Assembly: GCA_000320545.1 (NCBI GenBank)
Contig: ADNK01001114.1
Coordinates: 1 to 64,000 of the forward strand
Length of the DNA stretch: 64,000 nt
Source of the DNA: Bigelowiella natans CCMP2755
Lineage: Eukaryota > Protista > Cercozoa
Direction of reading: 5' to 3'
Below are positions 38,272 through 51,381 of this stretch, in pieces. Below the pieces are notes generated by a model, which was not told the DNA's origin, searched no databases, and saw only the letters and a program-made list of their open reading frames with translations. The translations under genes and the position numbers were made by a program. Every line of letters begins with the position of its first letter. Position 1 is the first letter of the stretch.

Positions 38272-39039
38272 TGATGAATAAGACACGCGCAAGTGCCATT
38301 ATCTATCTCACAGCACTTAGATGTATATCCCGAATCAAAGAGAGGCAAAAGAGAAAGAATTCTGGCACAGAAACGAGAAAATTGTAGGCAGGCCTAGAGC
38401 AAACGCGATGTCATCTTAACAAAGCTCATTTTGATGACAAAAGACATGTGCTGTGCCCATGATTTTTGCTATGTCATTCTAGCAATTTAGTTCAACAGTA
38501 GGTCCGCAGTAGGTGTTGTTTTGGGTTGTCAATTTTGCGACATTTCCCCTACTGAATGCAGTTGGGAAATTTTTTGTGAGGTATGATCAACGGTCTGCTG
38601 CCCCATTGGCGGTTGTAACAATTTTGTCATCACCACTCACACATCACACACGATCACCAGCCTATTGTTATACATTGTTGTTGGCTCCGAGCCCGACATG
38701 CAACATTGCTCTGTCCGCATCGGAATCGCCAATGGCGCGCGGCTGACAGACTTCGAGCAGTCATGACAAAGAATGTCGAATACAAGCCGTGAATCGAATG
38801 CCAATGATGTCAGCATGTGTAATGTGCGCACATGCATGCAAACATCAGCGGGAAACACTCATCACTCACGCTGCACTTGCCACAGAATACTGTGCCAATG
38901 CTAGCTGCATCCGCCACGTGCGCTAACAAATGAAGAACAAAATCTTTGGATTTGGAAAAGGATTCCACAGGTGATTTCTTACGGAGCAAACAGGAGCCGA
39001 CGAATTCAGAAGACACCAAAGACGATGCATTGTACTATC

Positions 39040-39486
39040 TCAAAACTTGAAATTTCCTGTAGCATCCTTTATTACAAATTCACGATGACCGACTCGAAGA
39101 ATTGCATTCTTGAAGCTCGCTTGGAATGTTTTACCACTTTTCTTTTTTGTAACCTGGTATAAAAATTAATCATTACAAAATGTTCGCATCTGCAGATGAA
39201 TTATTCATTAAGCTACTGTACTTTGTCGAAAACGCAAACCATATGATTTGTTGTTTCAGGTTCCTCCAGGTCTTCATCGAGTAACTCTACATCATCCAAA
39301 TTGTCGTCGTTGTCGTCGTCGCTGTCGCTAAAGTACACTGATAAAGCAACGCTCATGTGACGACAAGGAATTTCGCTTTCATTCTGTTATTTCCTTCGCC
39401 GGGAAGTAGTTTCCGGCACCATGGCAGGGAATACGACATTAAATATAGGTTATGTATCCGTGAGAGACTGGATTAGCGGAGGGAGG

Positions 39487-39521
<35 letters not shown>

Positions 39522-40666
39522 AGAAGAAGAAGAAGAAGAAGAAGAAGAAAGGAGAAAACCATCCAATCCAAAAACGAACTTACTTCCTCCTTCATTGTCG
39601 TTCTTCTCATCTGTGGATTTTGCCCGCTTAGATGAACTTGGCTCCTAAACGAAATTTATCTGAATGGCCGTCATTTTTCATGTTTGGTTGAGACTACCTC
39701 TGCATCATCAAGCTTCCGCTTTTTCCCCCCATTTGTACTTGAAGATGTTGCCATTTCTAAGAAATAAGTCACTTATTTCTAGCACTTCAAATGAAGAATT
39801 CTGATACCATTTGAGTTCATGTGCGTATTCATGAATCTTATGCTCTTCCTCCAAAGCTGCACACAAATAGAAAAATTGGCGATTGGAATTTTAGTTCTCA
39901 CGAATTGATTATCCTACTGCTCTAATTTGATCCAAATGAATCAATTTCGGTCATTACGACCTTTTTAAGCATCTCCATTTTCCTCTTAGTTTCTGGCCTC
40001 TCTCGCCCATTATCGAGCAGAAATTTCTGAGCCTTACTAACGACTTCCAAAATCGTGTCTTCATAAATTTCGTGCAAGACCAGACCATCGGCTCCCTGTG
40101 TATATGCGTATGTGTACATAATCAGACAAGTTAAGGGAGCAGGATGATGATCGCGAACATGAAGAGTGATGTGGCAGCAGTGACTACTACAAGTCTCGGA
40201 TGAAGAAGTGCTTCGACGAATTTCCAAACATAGAGTAAGATGGACGATTCCACCTTGACACCATTGCATTCAAGAGGCATGTGAGTGCTTACATGTACCT
40301 CTTTTTGCTGAAGATGAATTGCAGATTTTCCGTCTTCAAGCCTTTGCGAGTCACCCGCAGCAACCCCCTGCGCCGTACGGAGATGGGATCCAAGAGGGGC
40401 ATTTACAGGGTCCTCGTTACCTTGATTCTTAGATGCGGCGTGCTGCATCGCAATCTCTTGGGCAGCTCGCAGATCAGATCTGTTCTAGGGAAAGGGCACG
40501 AGGGGGCACCAGTAGTTTACTTGGCTACGGGGATATTAGTGTTATGCAGCTTGATCAAAGATATGTCGTAGAATAAAATCTTCCTGTATATCTCTTTGTG
40601 TCTCGATTCATCAGTTTCAGCATCGGTGCGCGGGTAAGGCTGGGTGTCGAGATCCGGAAGAATCAT
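39040..40666 (-). CDS. GTF2A1: Transcription factor IIA large (alpha/beta) subunit; 5' part upstream of 40095 is uncertain
   Basis: Alpha-like helices LHEIYEDTILEVVSKAQKFLLDNG...LKK|LWRKSI; acidic stretch DSDDDNDDNLDDVELLDEDLEE; beta-like C-terminus NHMVCVFDK|VTKKKSGKTFQASFKNAILRVGHREFVIKDATGNFKF*. Confidence 0.78.
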
Positions 40667-40932
40667 TAGTTTTAGAAAGAGACAAATATGAATTGAAGTC
40701 GTAAGCTTTTTTCAGGTTCAAAAGAGCTCGGATTCTCTGCGGCCTATGACTTACAAGAGAAGAAATTCCGGATAGAATATTCAGAATCAAGCTGTGTTTT
40801 AACCTAAGGAATAATTTCAAAAACTAATGTTTTCTACATCTACGACAATTATTTTCAGGTGTATTTAGCAATGTTTTGTTATTGTAGTATTTTCTCTAAG
40901 AGGTGGCACTGAAGAGAAAAGTTCGAAAAAAA

Positions 40933-43018
40933 ATGGATGACGAGGCCCCTAATGCTCCCCCGCAACTTAATGGTACTACGGATCATCTAAGCGATACCTG
41001 TGTGAAGCGATTTAAGCTTCATGACGTGTAAATCATCATAAGTGTCCGTCTCGAATTTCCAAGATTATTTGAAGAGGCCATCCCTATTCTGATGCAATGC
41101 TACTAACCAGCAATCGCTGAAACGCTCCAGAGTTTTTCACGTTTTCAGGGAGACGTAACAGTACATACAAAAAGAGAGTATGAAATGAATGAAATTGGAT
41201 AACAGAGAGAAATTTCGAGAGGGGAGATCAAATTGCACTGGGTTATTGAGTCACTGTATGCCCACAGCGACCCTGACGAAGACTGTTATCTCTGGAAAGC
41301 GCGCCAGACACCACTTGTTCCTGACTGGAATTCTCGCTATATTATGCCTCTTGGGTGTTTTTTTCCCATCCTCGGCCGAATTTTTTGCTCTGATCCCTGC
41401 CAAGTGAGTAATCCCCGAAGAAAGAACGTAACCAAAGTGTAAATTACAAGCTTCCCCGAGAGAGAAATGTTGCGAATACGACAAATTAATCATCACCACG
41501 CGGTCCTCGGGATTGGGTTGGTCCATATTTTAGACCTTAAATAGGACACCAAAAGGGATATTAGAACCTAGGGAAGCCATGCTGAGTCATGTAGATCTTA
41601 TTTGATTTTGTTTTGTTCAACAGTACGGCTATGGTCAAATTCCGATTCTGGAATCTACTCACCGCTGCATATTTCGAGAATTCGCTGTTTATGGTCTTTT
41701 GCTTATACACTGTGTTCGTACAAGCCATGCCTTGAGAAGCTTGCTGATAATTCTTAGGGAGTTCTGAACACTGCCGTCGCCCTGCTGGTCGGACGGATGC
41801 TCGAGCGCAAGTGGGGCGTTGAGTTCCTAAAATTGATGGTTGGCAACTGGAATATCAACAAATTTTCGGAGATACTAACATTTTTCTGTCGCTAGGTTGC
41901 TGTGAATCTTACCACTATGATCATCGTTTTCATCATCATGATCGGATGCTATGCAACGACCATGAGCGATACGTTCCTGTAAGATCGGACTCAAAATTTA
42001 TTGGAACGCCTTGACTGAAGTCCGTACGTTCTCCCAATATTTGTAGTTTCTCCCCTATCTGCGGGTTCTCAGCCGCAAACGCGGCTTTTGGAGTCGCCCT
42101 TAAGCAACTTGCTCCAAATCAAAAATGCGTTGCTTCGATAGAACAAGTCAAGTTCAAGGTCATGTTTATATTTTATTCCTGCTGTATTTTTCTCTCATTT
42201 TTCTCCATTTTTGTTCACCCTTCTTGTGCGTTTTAGGATATTCCAATTATTGTCATTGGCTGCTCACTTGGGTGTTATATGATCGGGCTGACGGAGTTCA
42301 AAGACTTGCTTCTAGTCATGTTCGGTACCTATTTTGGGTGGTTATATTTAAGGTAACAAATAACAATTTTCGACAGAAAATAAGTAAGCTCAAAATTTTC
42401 GATAAGGTTTCATACAATGTACAAATTAATTTTGAACTTAGGTACTTTATGTCGTATCCTGGTTCCAGTATAAAAGGCGATAATAGTGAGGAATTCGCTT
42501 TCAAGACATTATTTCCTGGATATACGCGGTAGAAATATCTGCGATAACATAAATTGGCGATATCTAAACTATCGGATGTAATTTTAGGCCTTTTGGTGCA
42601 CTACTCGGCAACATATCTTTCGCATTATGCGAAATGTGCGGTTTCTGTAAAGTCGTAGACACCCCTGATGTAGAGATGGGAGTGACGAATGTCAAGCCTT
42701 CAGTTTCCATTCCAGGTCGAAAGCAACTTTAGCTCCATCTATTTTCCTTAATAAATTATCATTGGACAGATGTTCCCCAAGCAACATCTGAAGCTGAAAG
42801 GCAGATGGCAGAGCGGAGAAGGTTCGATAAAATTCCCTAGTCGTTTAGAACGTATAAGTTATTATTTCCTCCACAGGCAACTAGCATTCAAGGCAATTAA
42901 TGAGCGTCTCGAGCAATTGAAGAAGCAGCAGGCTTCGAAAAAAGCTGCAGCTAGCACGAAAGAGGGGACGCAGAAAATAGCGGTAGCAGATCCTAAAACC
43001 AAGGCAGCAAAAGACTGA
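40933..43018 (+). CDS. TMEM115: Transmembrane protein 115 / rhomboid-like DUF1751 Golgi protein, multi-exon
   Basis: FFALIPAN..FRFWNLLTAAYFE; GRMLERKWG; ICGFSAANAAFGVALKQLAP; FGTYFGWLYLRYF..GDNSEEFAFKTLFP; AERRRQLAFKAINERL. Confidence 0.88.
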
Positions 43019-43049
43019 AATCGTTCTTAGGCACAAAGTAGTCTGACAC

Positions 43050-43720
43050 AAGAGAAGTTGGATATCAATACAAATGCTGTCGATAACACTTTAGAGCAAG
43101 CAGGATACGTGCCTGTCGCAGCAACAACGCACCTCTGGCTGCACAACTATTGGGTTCATTGCATATGCTATGCTGAAGGCCAAGCCATGTCACTTTTATA
43201 TGGGTGATGCATGATGATTCATGCATTGCGTCATAATTAATTGCAACGCAAGACCCTACATTGAATTGCATCGCATGCTCGCATAACTTGCGCTGGTATG
43301 CATTTCATTACCAACCCAATACACATGCAGCTTTGTGTGTCAGTGACTTTCAGTCCGCGCTGGCAATATTGTGGCATAATAGACACAGCAATACACTATA
43401 TATATATATTGTGTATTGCATGTCTATCATTGGCGGAATAGATGCGAGGACAATAAATTGCACGACATGCATGGTGCACACATGGAGCTAGCAGCTTGAG
43501 TGCACCGCGCTGCGAGCGATGTGGTGTGGCTACGTACACGCCACAGAAACACAAAGTCTGTGCAACTCGCAGGCTGCTGCTGACCGTCCTATACCTAGCG
43601 TTGCACATTATAGCCAAACAGTGCTACATCCTTGCTTGCTAGCTTGGGGTCGAGTTGGCATTTCAGTGAATGCTCATCTACGCTGTTGAACTGCGCAGCT
43701 TCAATGATTTCAATGTCTAG
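43050..43720. other. Convergent spacer rich in TGCA/CATG/CTAG
   Basis: Dense tgca, catg, gctagc and gcatc motifs downstream of the TMEM115 stop. Confidence 0.55.
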
Positions 43721-43724
43721 CTTG

Positions 43725-44861
43725 CTAGATGTTTCTGAGGCAGATCGCGATGCCTAAGAGCCATGCTCCGTAGATGCCTCGTGACGACTGTTCCGCCCGA
43801 ATTTTGGTCCAACATGGTAGGGAAACGAATTCAAGTAGGAAATCTCTGCTCAAGGCTTCCTGGTGTAATGGAGCAAAGGAGACTCGCCGTACGATTTAGG
43901 TCAAGATGATGTTTGAAGTTGGGGAGCGGGAACGGCCACTGGTACTTGAACATCTACAGGTTCAGCACCGGACGCAGATTCTGTTTCAGGCTCAGGTGCA
44001 ACATCGATTTTGGTTTGTGTGTGCTCGAATTTTGTCGCAGCTTTTGTCTCAGCAGATTTTAGCTCTGATATTGCGATCGGAATTGGCACATCTGGAACTG
44101 AAGGGACACTTGTTCCATTCGTTTCTTTGTGGGGTATGGCTTTGAGCAGCTTTTCAGGATTGCTAAATGTTGAAATGGGTAGCTGATGTCCTGATCCAAC
44201 TCCTAGTGTAACCCCCACTTCGTTACTTTCGGGTTTGTTCTCATCTGGGTCGTGGTAATTCCCAGTTGCCACCCCAATGCTTAAGGGAATGGGCATTTCA
44301 ATTAGGCCATTCTGCAAAGAGCTATCCAACTCAGCCAATAGAGCAGCTTCTTCTGCCAACATGGCGGCCTCTTTTTTTTCGCGCATCTCCTGACGCCTCC
44401 GCTTCGCTTTGAAGAATTTCTCCGCCCGCGAGGGTGACTCCTCTGGAATTACCTGGGATGCTTCACGCTTCGACATTTGATTCCTAAAATAACCGTAATA
44501 TTCGCTTGGTGTGAATTCAGACGATGCAAGCGATGCATGCGACTCTAGAAATATGTGCAATGGATAGTGGTAATGAGAGATCGGCTCGAAGATCATGCTC
44601 GTAGACACACCGTACAGCCTTCTGGCGAATTGTTTGGGAACGCAGGGAAATCCGGCCGCTCATATTTTCGTAATAGCTCTCAGAAAACGGGAGCAAATAT
44701 TTTCAAGCGAGCCAGAAAGAAAGAAAAACAAAGCTTGCTACCTTGCGACTTCGCACAGGGCTCAGCTCTACTGGATTGCAGCAATGGAGCAGCTGTTTGA
44801 AGGGAGCCACCACCAGCTTGGCGAAGTTCGTATCTGTTCTACGTGTAACATTTCGGCCCAT
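43725..44861 (-). CDS. Hypothetical protein (charged coiled segment, Pro/Glu/Ala-rich region); the stop may be at 43901
   Basis: Phase-consistent exons: MGRNVTRRTDTNFAKLVVAPFKQLLHCCNPVELSPVRSRK|SYYENMSGRISLRSQTIRQKAVR|NQMSKREASQ...KAKRRRQEMREKKEAAML. Confidence 0.5.
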
Positions 44862-45430
44862 ATTTTCCCCTGATCGACAACCAGATTTCAAAGTCGCACG
44901 GAACAACTTCAGGTCGTTTTTTCCAGAAAAGATCGGAGCTGATGTTTTCTCTCGAAAGAATATCTGTCCCATAATTTCCCCTGACTATTCGGCCAGTAGG
45001 AACGGAGAGATATGCATTCGCATGGGAGTTGGCTGCATGCGTTCACAGAGTTTTCTCGATACAACGAGCTTTATATAGATGTCGCCCGTATGAAAAATGG
45101 TTCTTCGCAATTGTGCTGGAATGCTTTTCATTTTGGGTTGACGACTGGGCAACTACCAACCACTTGAACCTGTGTGACCCCCAGGCAAGGCCTGCCTGGA
45201 ATACTTTCTCTGGGGTTCCAATACGCTTGTTACTCAAATAAATAGGATCGGAAGCTGCACAATGCAGGGTATATAGGTACTATTGAATTCATACTGCATA
45301 CTTTGATGTTTTGATGGTCTTTATTAAAACCCTGCTTTCGGTAAATTGCACATCCGATTTGAAACTTCAAAACTCATGCCTTTCTATTTCGATGTCAGAA
45401 GGCCGGGAACCACAGTCGTAAGAGTATTCC

Positions 45431-46701
45431 ATGGCATCCTCAAACTCAAAAGGTGGTGGGTGGTTCTCATGGATGTCCTCTTCCAGAACTAAGAGCGGAG
45501 GGAGCAACCAGGACAAAAAGAAACTAGCGGCTGCACAGGCTGCCGCCAAGCAAAAGAAGAAGGACGGAGCGTCTCACAAATCAGTGTCCAATGGCAAAGG
45601 CCTACCAAAAGATGGGAGTGTAAGTAAACCTGTAATGTCCAGGCAATCCTCATCAAGCAAAGGGGGGAACTGCATATTTTCGGAATTGGAGCTTGAAAAA
45701 CTTCCTTTCTTTCAACGAAAAGCAGAGTTTCTTGCGGAGCTTTCTTCCTTACACCAAAAGTACGAGATTGCTCTTGAAAAGGTTTTGATGAATGAATTCT
45801 GAACGCCATCATAATGATCTTGAACGTGTAAGTTTTTGTCGTATAGGGTAGTTGTGGTTGGATGCCTGTCTAGCTGTACCGACCTGAATATATTGTCCAT
45901 TTGGATTACTTTTCTAATATTATATATATTATCTATTAGACTGAGACAAAGAAATGTGCAGAGATCCAACTAAAACTGGATACAATGAATCGAATCGTTG
46001 CGGACATGCAGCTCTGCCGGCAACCTCCAGATGCTGTCTTCAGTGATGAATACACGCTGTGGATGATGGACACACTGAGACAGACTTTAATTCCTACGGG
46101 CGGATACTTAACTCCGAACATATTTGTACCGCTCTCTGTCTGGGAACAAGAAAATATGCGTATGGCAAGGTACCAACTCAAGATAAATACCTGCAATCAG
46201 CTTTTGAAAAATCTGATAGAGATTGAAGCTGAGATTCTCTTCAATAAAAAACCTGGAATCAGTATGATAAAAAACTTACAAAAGGATATGGTTTCCATGC
46301 GTGCTGCCCTTGCACTTCAACTCGCTGAGGTTAGTGCTACTCAAGAGGAGGTACTGGAACGAAAATCAAACACCCTCGGTAGTTTTGGAATGTCGATAGT
46401 GAAAGGCACAGCTCATCTAAGAAATATGGCTCTTCCCGCGAAGATATCGGTCGGGGAAAGTCAAACGTATACAACGCTTTTGGTAGCTATCTTCGAGAAG
46501 GCGAAATACCTCGCAGAAATGTACCAGAAAGGGCAGGAAGATAAATCAAACTCTGACACGAGTGAGGAAGATCCTAAAAAAGAAATGATTCCGTCCCTAC
46601 TCTTATTTCTTCGGGAAGTTGTTTGCTGCTTCGCACTAACTGATCTGAAAAAATTAATATTGCAACACCAAGAGGCATGCGAAAGGTCCTTTCTTGAATA
46701 G
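45431..46701 (+). CDS. Hypothetical protein resembling the conserved C-terminal helical region of fungal/amoebal MIT-domain proteins
   Basis: GGYLTPNIFVPLSVWEQENMRM..YQLKINTCNQLL; YTTLLVAIFEKAKYL; VVCCFALTDLKKLI. Basic, Ser-rich N-terminus. 238-aa open final exon. Confidence 0.6.
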
Positions 46702-46719
46702 ATATCAAGATAGAACATA

Positions 46720-47420
46720 CGATACATACCATGTCATGCATTATTATATTGAATGCGTATGCCTATATGTAAATCGCTTCTAATGACTTAGTATGTCGCC
46801 GTATATTTGAGACGGATGTAATGTTGTGAAGTGAGTAAATGTTTTAAATAATGGTCATCCTATTGCAGCCGTGCAATGCAGCGGCTACAGCAGCGCTTAA
46901 GTTGTGTCTGTGTGTCTCTTCATGCATGCTATCACTCTATCATGTGTTTCATCATGCATTGCAATAATACATCAATCTAGCAATCTATAAATCTAGCAAC
47001 GTGCAGTCCTGTCGTCGATGTCGCGCATGTATGCTTTTGCGCCATCGCAATGTGCAAGCGCACTACTCCCCATGTAGTGATGGTATTCGGTACATATTAC
47101 AAGCTGCTAGCGTATAGCGACAGCACGCATTCATGCGCTACGATACGCTACTACGTACGTCGATAAATGCAGACTCTCTGAATGCTGTGACTGCATAGCT
47201 AAAGTGTCACAAATAGTCAATGTTCTTTTTATTTGCTATCACCGCAGCATTGTTCCCGCCCGCGCCTATATGGCGCCAGCTACGTTGCACAATGGTATAT
47301 CAAAATCACATGTATGAAAGTTACTTCACAATAGGAGAGAAGATTTTATTTCGTAGCTAGATTAGGGTGCACTAAATATATACTCAAATTCTAGCATGTA
47401 TCTATATCTAATAATGGATA
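46720..47420. other. Convergent spacer rich in TGCA/CATG/CTAG
   Basis: Dense tgca, catg, ctag and gcta motifs between two gene 3' ends. Confidence 0.55.
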
Positions 47421-47522
47421 CGATTGAAAGATACAAAATGCTGTCAAAACATGAGGGAAACTAGTTTGGGAGTTGCAGTGTCAACTCGTAGTTCTCAAGG
47501 CTTTAGATGCTCATCCCAAAGT

Positions 47523-48509
47523 TTAGTAGATCTTCCCAAGCTTGAACTTCGTCTTCTCGAATCTCATTGGCACAACTACCGAGAACATAGCCAAAACTCC
47601 GACAAAGATGAAGAAAATCAGCATCAAGGTAAAGAGAATCCCAATGAAAATTACTGGCGAGATGTATTGAATGAGGCCGGTTCCAGCTTCTCCCTCTGTA
47701 GTTGTGGAGGCAAGAGATTGAACGCGCACCGAATGAAGGCTCGTTCTGGCAGCATGGTGGGAGAGTTTAGGTTTTGTAGTAGGGAACTCCATTTGCAGTG
47801 CGTTCGTGTCCTCGGCCGCAAACATGCAAGCATAATTATTGTTGGTCTTCTTGGCTATCATGCTGGCTATGCGTTCAAGGCAAACTTCATTTTGCTCTTG
47901 GCCTGCCTCAGTGAAAGTGACACTAATGAAGTCTGTACGTCCATTCGAGATCAAGTGGTGCTCTCCTTGGATCTTAGCAAGAACTGCATCACAACCTTTC
48001 TTTGAAGTATCAGTTTCCAGAATCACCCGCTGAGACTTCGGGGGGAGGTGGGGCGAGAACATGGACGAAAAAGACTGGTACTTGTGGTCAAGGGATACCC
48101 TTGGAAAGGATAAAGATGATGTAGACTCTTTTACAAGTTTTTTTAGTACAGAAGCCTTTGCACCGTAAAACCCAAAGAAAGAAGCTAAGTCATCATATGA
48201 AGCCTTTTCGAAGGTGAACGAAACGAAAACTTCAGGGGTTTTCTCAGAAACCTCTTCAGGATGCAGCATTAGAGATTTAGACGTAGCTGTTAAGACATCG
48301 CGTGCGTATTCCTCCAATTTGTAGGCATCTACAGGTGTGGTCAATGTCTCATGGCCACTAAATTGCTTTGTACCACTCCAGAAGACCGCCGGTGTGAATT
48401 TGGAAGGCAATGTGGAAGCAGCACTTTTTTGAAGTAGCGAGAGAGCCACAACAATGGTGAACAGGCAAGGAGAGGTAAAGGAGAAGCGCTGTTTGAGTGA
48501 TGTCATCAT
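47523..48509 (-). CDS. V-ATPase accessory protein Ac45/VOA1-like type I membrane protein, intronless
   Basis: 328 aa; signal peptide (LFTIVVALSLLQKSAA); C-terminal YISPVIFIGILFTLMLIFFIFVGVLAMFSVVVPMRFE resembles the Ac45/VOA1 transmembrane motif. Confidence 0.72.
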   Translation of the reverse strand: MMTSLKQRFSFTSPCLFTIVVALSLLQKSAASTLPSKFTPAVFWSGTKQFSGHETLTTPVDAYKLEEYARDVLTATSKSLMLHPEEVSEKTPEVFVSFTFEKASYDDLASFFGFYGAKASVLKKLVKESTSSLSFPRVSLDHKYQSFSSMFSPHLPPKSQRVILETDTSKKGCDAVLAKIQGEHHLISNGRTDFISVTFTEAGQEQNEVCLERIASMIAKKTNNNYACMFAAEDTNALQMEFPTTKPKLSHHAARTSLHSVRVQSLASTTTEGEAGTGLIQYISPVIFIGILFTLMLIFFIFVGVLAMFSVVVPMRFEKTKFKLGKIY

Positions 48510-48948
48510 GGGGGGCCCCGTTATGGAAACAGCTAATCTGAATTAATTCTGAGGGCTAGCGCAACCCTCACGCAAATTTTTTAAGTCAATATTATTTAGA
48601 TATATTCCGTTAAGATATTCAACTGTAAAAGGAGACAAAAAAGAACTTTAGTCCAGATTCTCGCGCCATCAAAAATGAAATAGTGAAGTTGCGAACTCCC
48701 AGAATATCTGAGAAAAACCTTCAAAGTATCATTGAAGATGTTCTCATCAATCGCGAATATCTTCATGTCGCAGCATAGAATCACAGGTCAGTTACAAAAA
48801 ACAATATTTTCAGATCAAGTGAATTTCTCCGATATTTTAAAATACTATGGGGAGAATGAATACTTATTTTTCTGATGTCGTTAATGAGAAAACAAAGACA
48901 TTCGTTACTCTTATCTTTTTCACAGAAAGATAATATGATTAAAACGAG

Positions 48949-49648
48949 ATGTTACTGCCTCGGATGCCCAAAAACTCACCCGAACAAACCAAGAAAGCAC
49001 GAGGAATGGAGGATCACGGATCTCCAAGAACGGCCAGCCAGGGCGTAGAGTTGCATAACAGCTCGGGAAACCTGCTTTCAGGGCGACAGGTTGCACTACT
49101 CTAATGTGATAGACAACGAAACATGCGCATTTCTTCCGCCCTGGCTGACTGACCGTTCTGCTGCAGAAATCTGGCCGATCTTCTGCTGGAACAGGTGGAA
49201 GGATGTCAAGTGAAGGTACGACAGCGCTTCTACGGCCCAAGCATCGAAACGGAGAAAAAGTTGTACGATTTACCGAGCACTCGCAACCCCCCCCACAGGT
49301 ATCGTGATCTGTAAAGGTAATGTTAATACAACCTATAACATTATTTGTGTAGAGTTCTGCCGGTGATTTGGAGTCCGGCCTAGAAATGCATCGAGTAGTG
49401 CCGAAAGAGACAACAATGACAGAGCTTCCGACAAATCCAGCGGTGTATGAAACTAAGGGCGACGAAAAGAACAATTTGCACATTCCAAGGTTGCATACCA
49501 GGGAGGATGAGTTCAAAGGAGAGTCGTCTACCCCACAAAGAAAAGGAGGAACTAATATGTCTCCGAGCGTAAGTAAAACGATGAATTGCATCATCACATA
49601 CACACTTTGAACCATTTGCAGCGTCACGAAATTACAACAGAGATATGA
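48949..49648 (+). CDS. Hypothetical low-complexity protein, 4 phase-0 exons; may be the 5' part of the next gene
   Basis: MLLPRMPKNSPEQ...SGRQ|KSGRSS...QPPPQ|SSAGDLESG...NMSPS|RHEITTEI*. All introns are GT-AG. Confidence 0.35.
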
Positions 49649-49754
49649 TTGACTCAGGCGCGGTCTAAGTCCAAATCAGTAACTACGACGTTCTCCCGCA
49701 ACCGGAAGTACACAACATGGGTAGCAGCAAAAATCTATACGTTTCGTAAAATTA

Positions 49755-50284
49755 ATGGTGACGAATCCAAACGAAACTTCGGACGTACATACTCAGGTTG
49801 TTGAGCCCAAGTGTCCAAGCTGTGGCGACTTATACGCGATCTTCCTCGTGTTTCTCCTCTCCCCCTTGATTCTTCTCGTATCAGTCATCATCTGGCTATT
49901 CGTCCAGCCTCCATATTTAATGCTTGGACTTTACCGTTGCTGCCTACCCAAACCCTTATATAGAATCCAGCGGAGAACCTGCAGCTTTGCCCTGGCGAAT
50001 GCTGCCGTTTGGGTCTGTTTCTCTATCATATCGAAGGGGGAGGGGGGGGGAAGACATCAGCTTAAACACAGAAGAAAGGAGAGCAGACTATCTATCCCTT
50101 ATGCATGCCATGATTATGTTGTACGTGTGTACTGACATCACATGGTGTTGGCGGTGCAGATTACATCGATTCCTCTCCGAATTGTCGCCGTCTTCTGGGT
50201 AGTAGGTTTCGACAACAAATAAGTTTAAAATATGATCCTCATGGAGTACAGTACCGCAACGTCGATATTTGTATTTATGTGTAC

Positions 50285-50326
<42 letters not shown>

Positions 50327-50990
50327 CAACTGTCACACACCACATGCTATACTCTCAGGTCTACTTCGTCCGGGCTTTTACCCTGCTCCTCTCTCTCCCG
50401 CTAGGAATCCTCTGCTGGGGCCGGACAAATACTTCCATGTCAACCATCGCGCCCTTTGTCTCCCGCCCCGGCCAGTACGAGAATGTAGGTTGAAGACGGA
50501 GTACATCGAATGAAGAGAAGAATGGAGATAAATCCGACGGCACGCAAATGATCATAGTCGCTAGCTTTCTCCATTTATGCTTGCTTGCTAGTAATTGCTC
50601 ATATACAAACGTCCGGCGATTTGTTTTTTAATTCCTCTCGAAAGGCTCATCCCCCGGCAGATGAATATGCGAAGAAGTCTGGGTATTTCTGGGACTTTTC
50701 GGACTTTACATGTGGCGCTATTGGGGCCATGGATCGGCAAGGGTGGTTAAAGTGCTCGTAGTCGTGATATTAGTAGTAGTAGTATTGATAGTAGCAGAAG
50801 CAGTAGGAATAACCACAAAGGATGAGTACTCTTTCCCTGTTATCACCCCACCCCCTGCCCACATCGTAGGTGGTGCGAATTCAACTTGGCGCTGACTCTC
50901 ATGTTCACAATATCTCCCGTTATGAAGTCGATGATATTCCTTTGATTGTGTGGGCATTCGTGTATCATGTTTCTTACAGACGTATGCAAA

Positions 50991-51035
<45 letters not shown>

Positions 51036-51338
51036 TTGTGTCTGCTTAAATGTTGATATTCATACGTTATGAATGTATTGTCTCTTTTAGATCGATTTCT
51101 CGCCTTTCACCACTACCATCACCAACACAGATACATTCTCTTCAACAACCCACGCACACATCGCCTCGAGACAGTCTTCCTTAATCAGTGGTCAAAACCG
51201 GTCAGTTGGCGTGACGAATGTGGATAGCAAAAATAAGAACAGTAGTAACAGCAAGAGCTGGCATCTCGGCTAAATTTGAGCGACCTTTGCTTTCATGCTA
51301 TATACAACGCACGTGTTGGCGCCTCGACAGCAGATCTT

Positions 51339-51381
<43 letters not shown>

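Noticed and set aside
41251-41526. Minus ORF MDQPNPEDR... as the start of the TFIIA gene
   Set aside because: It overlaps the TMEM115 exon on the + strand that matches the family (FFALIPA).
48920-49627. 235-aa minus-strand ORF
   Set aside because: No recognisable motifs, and the + strand has a cleaner phase-consistent exon chain.
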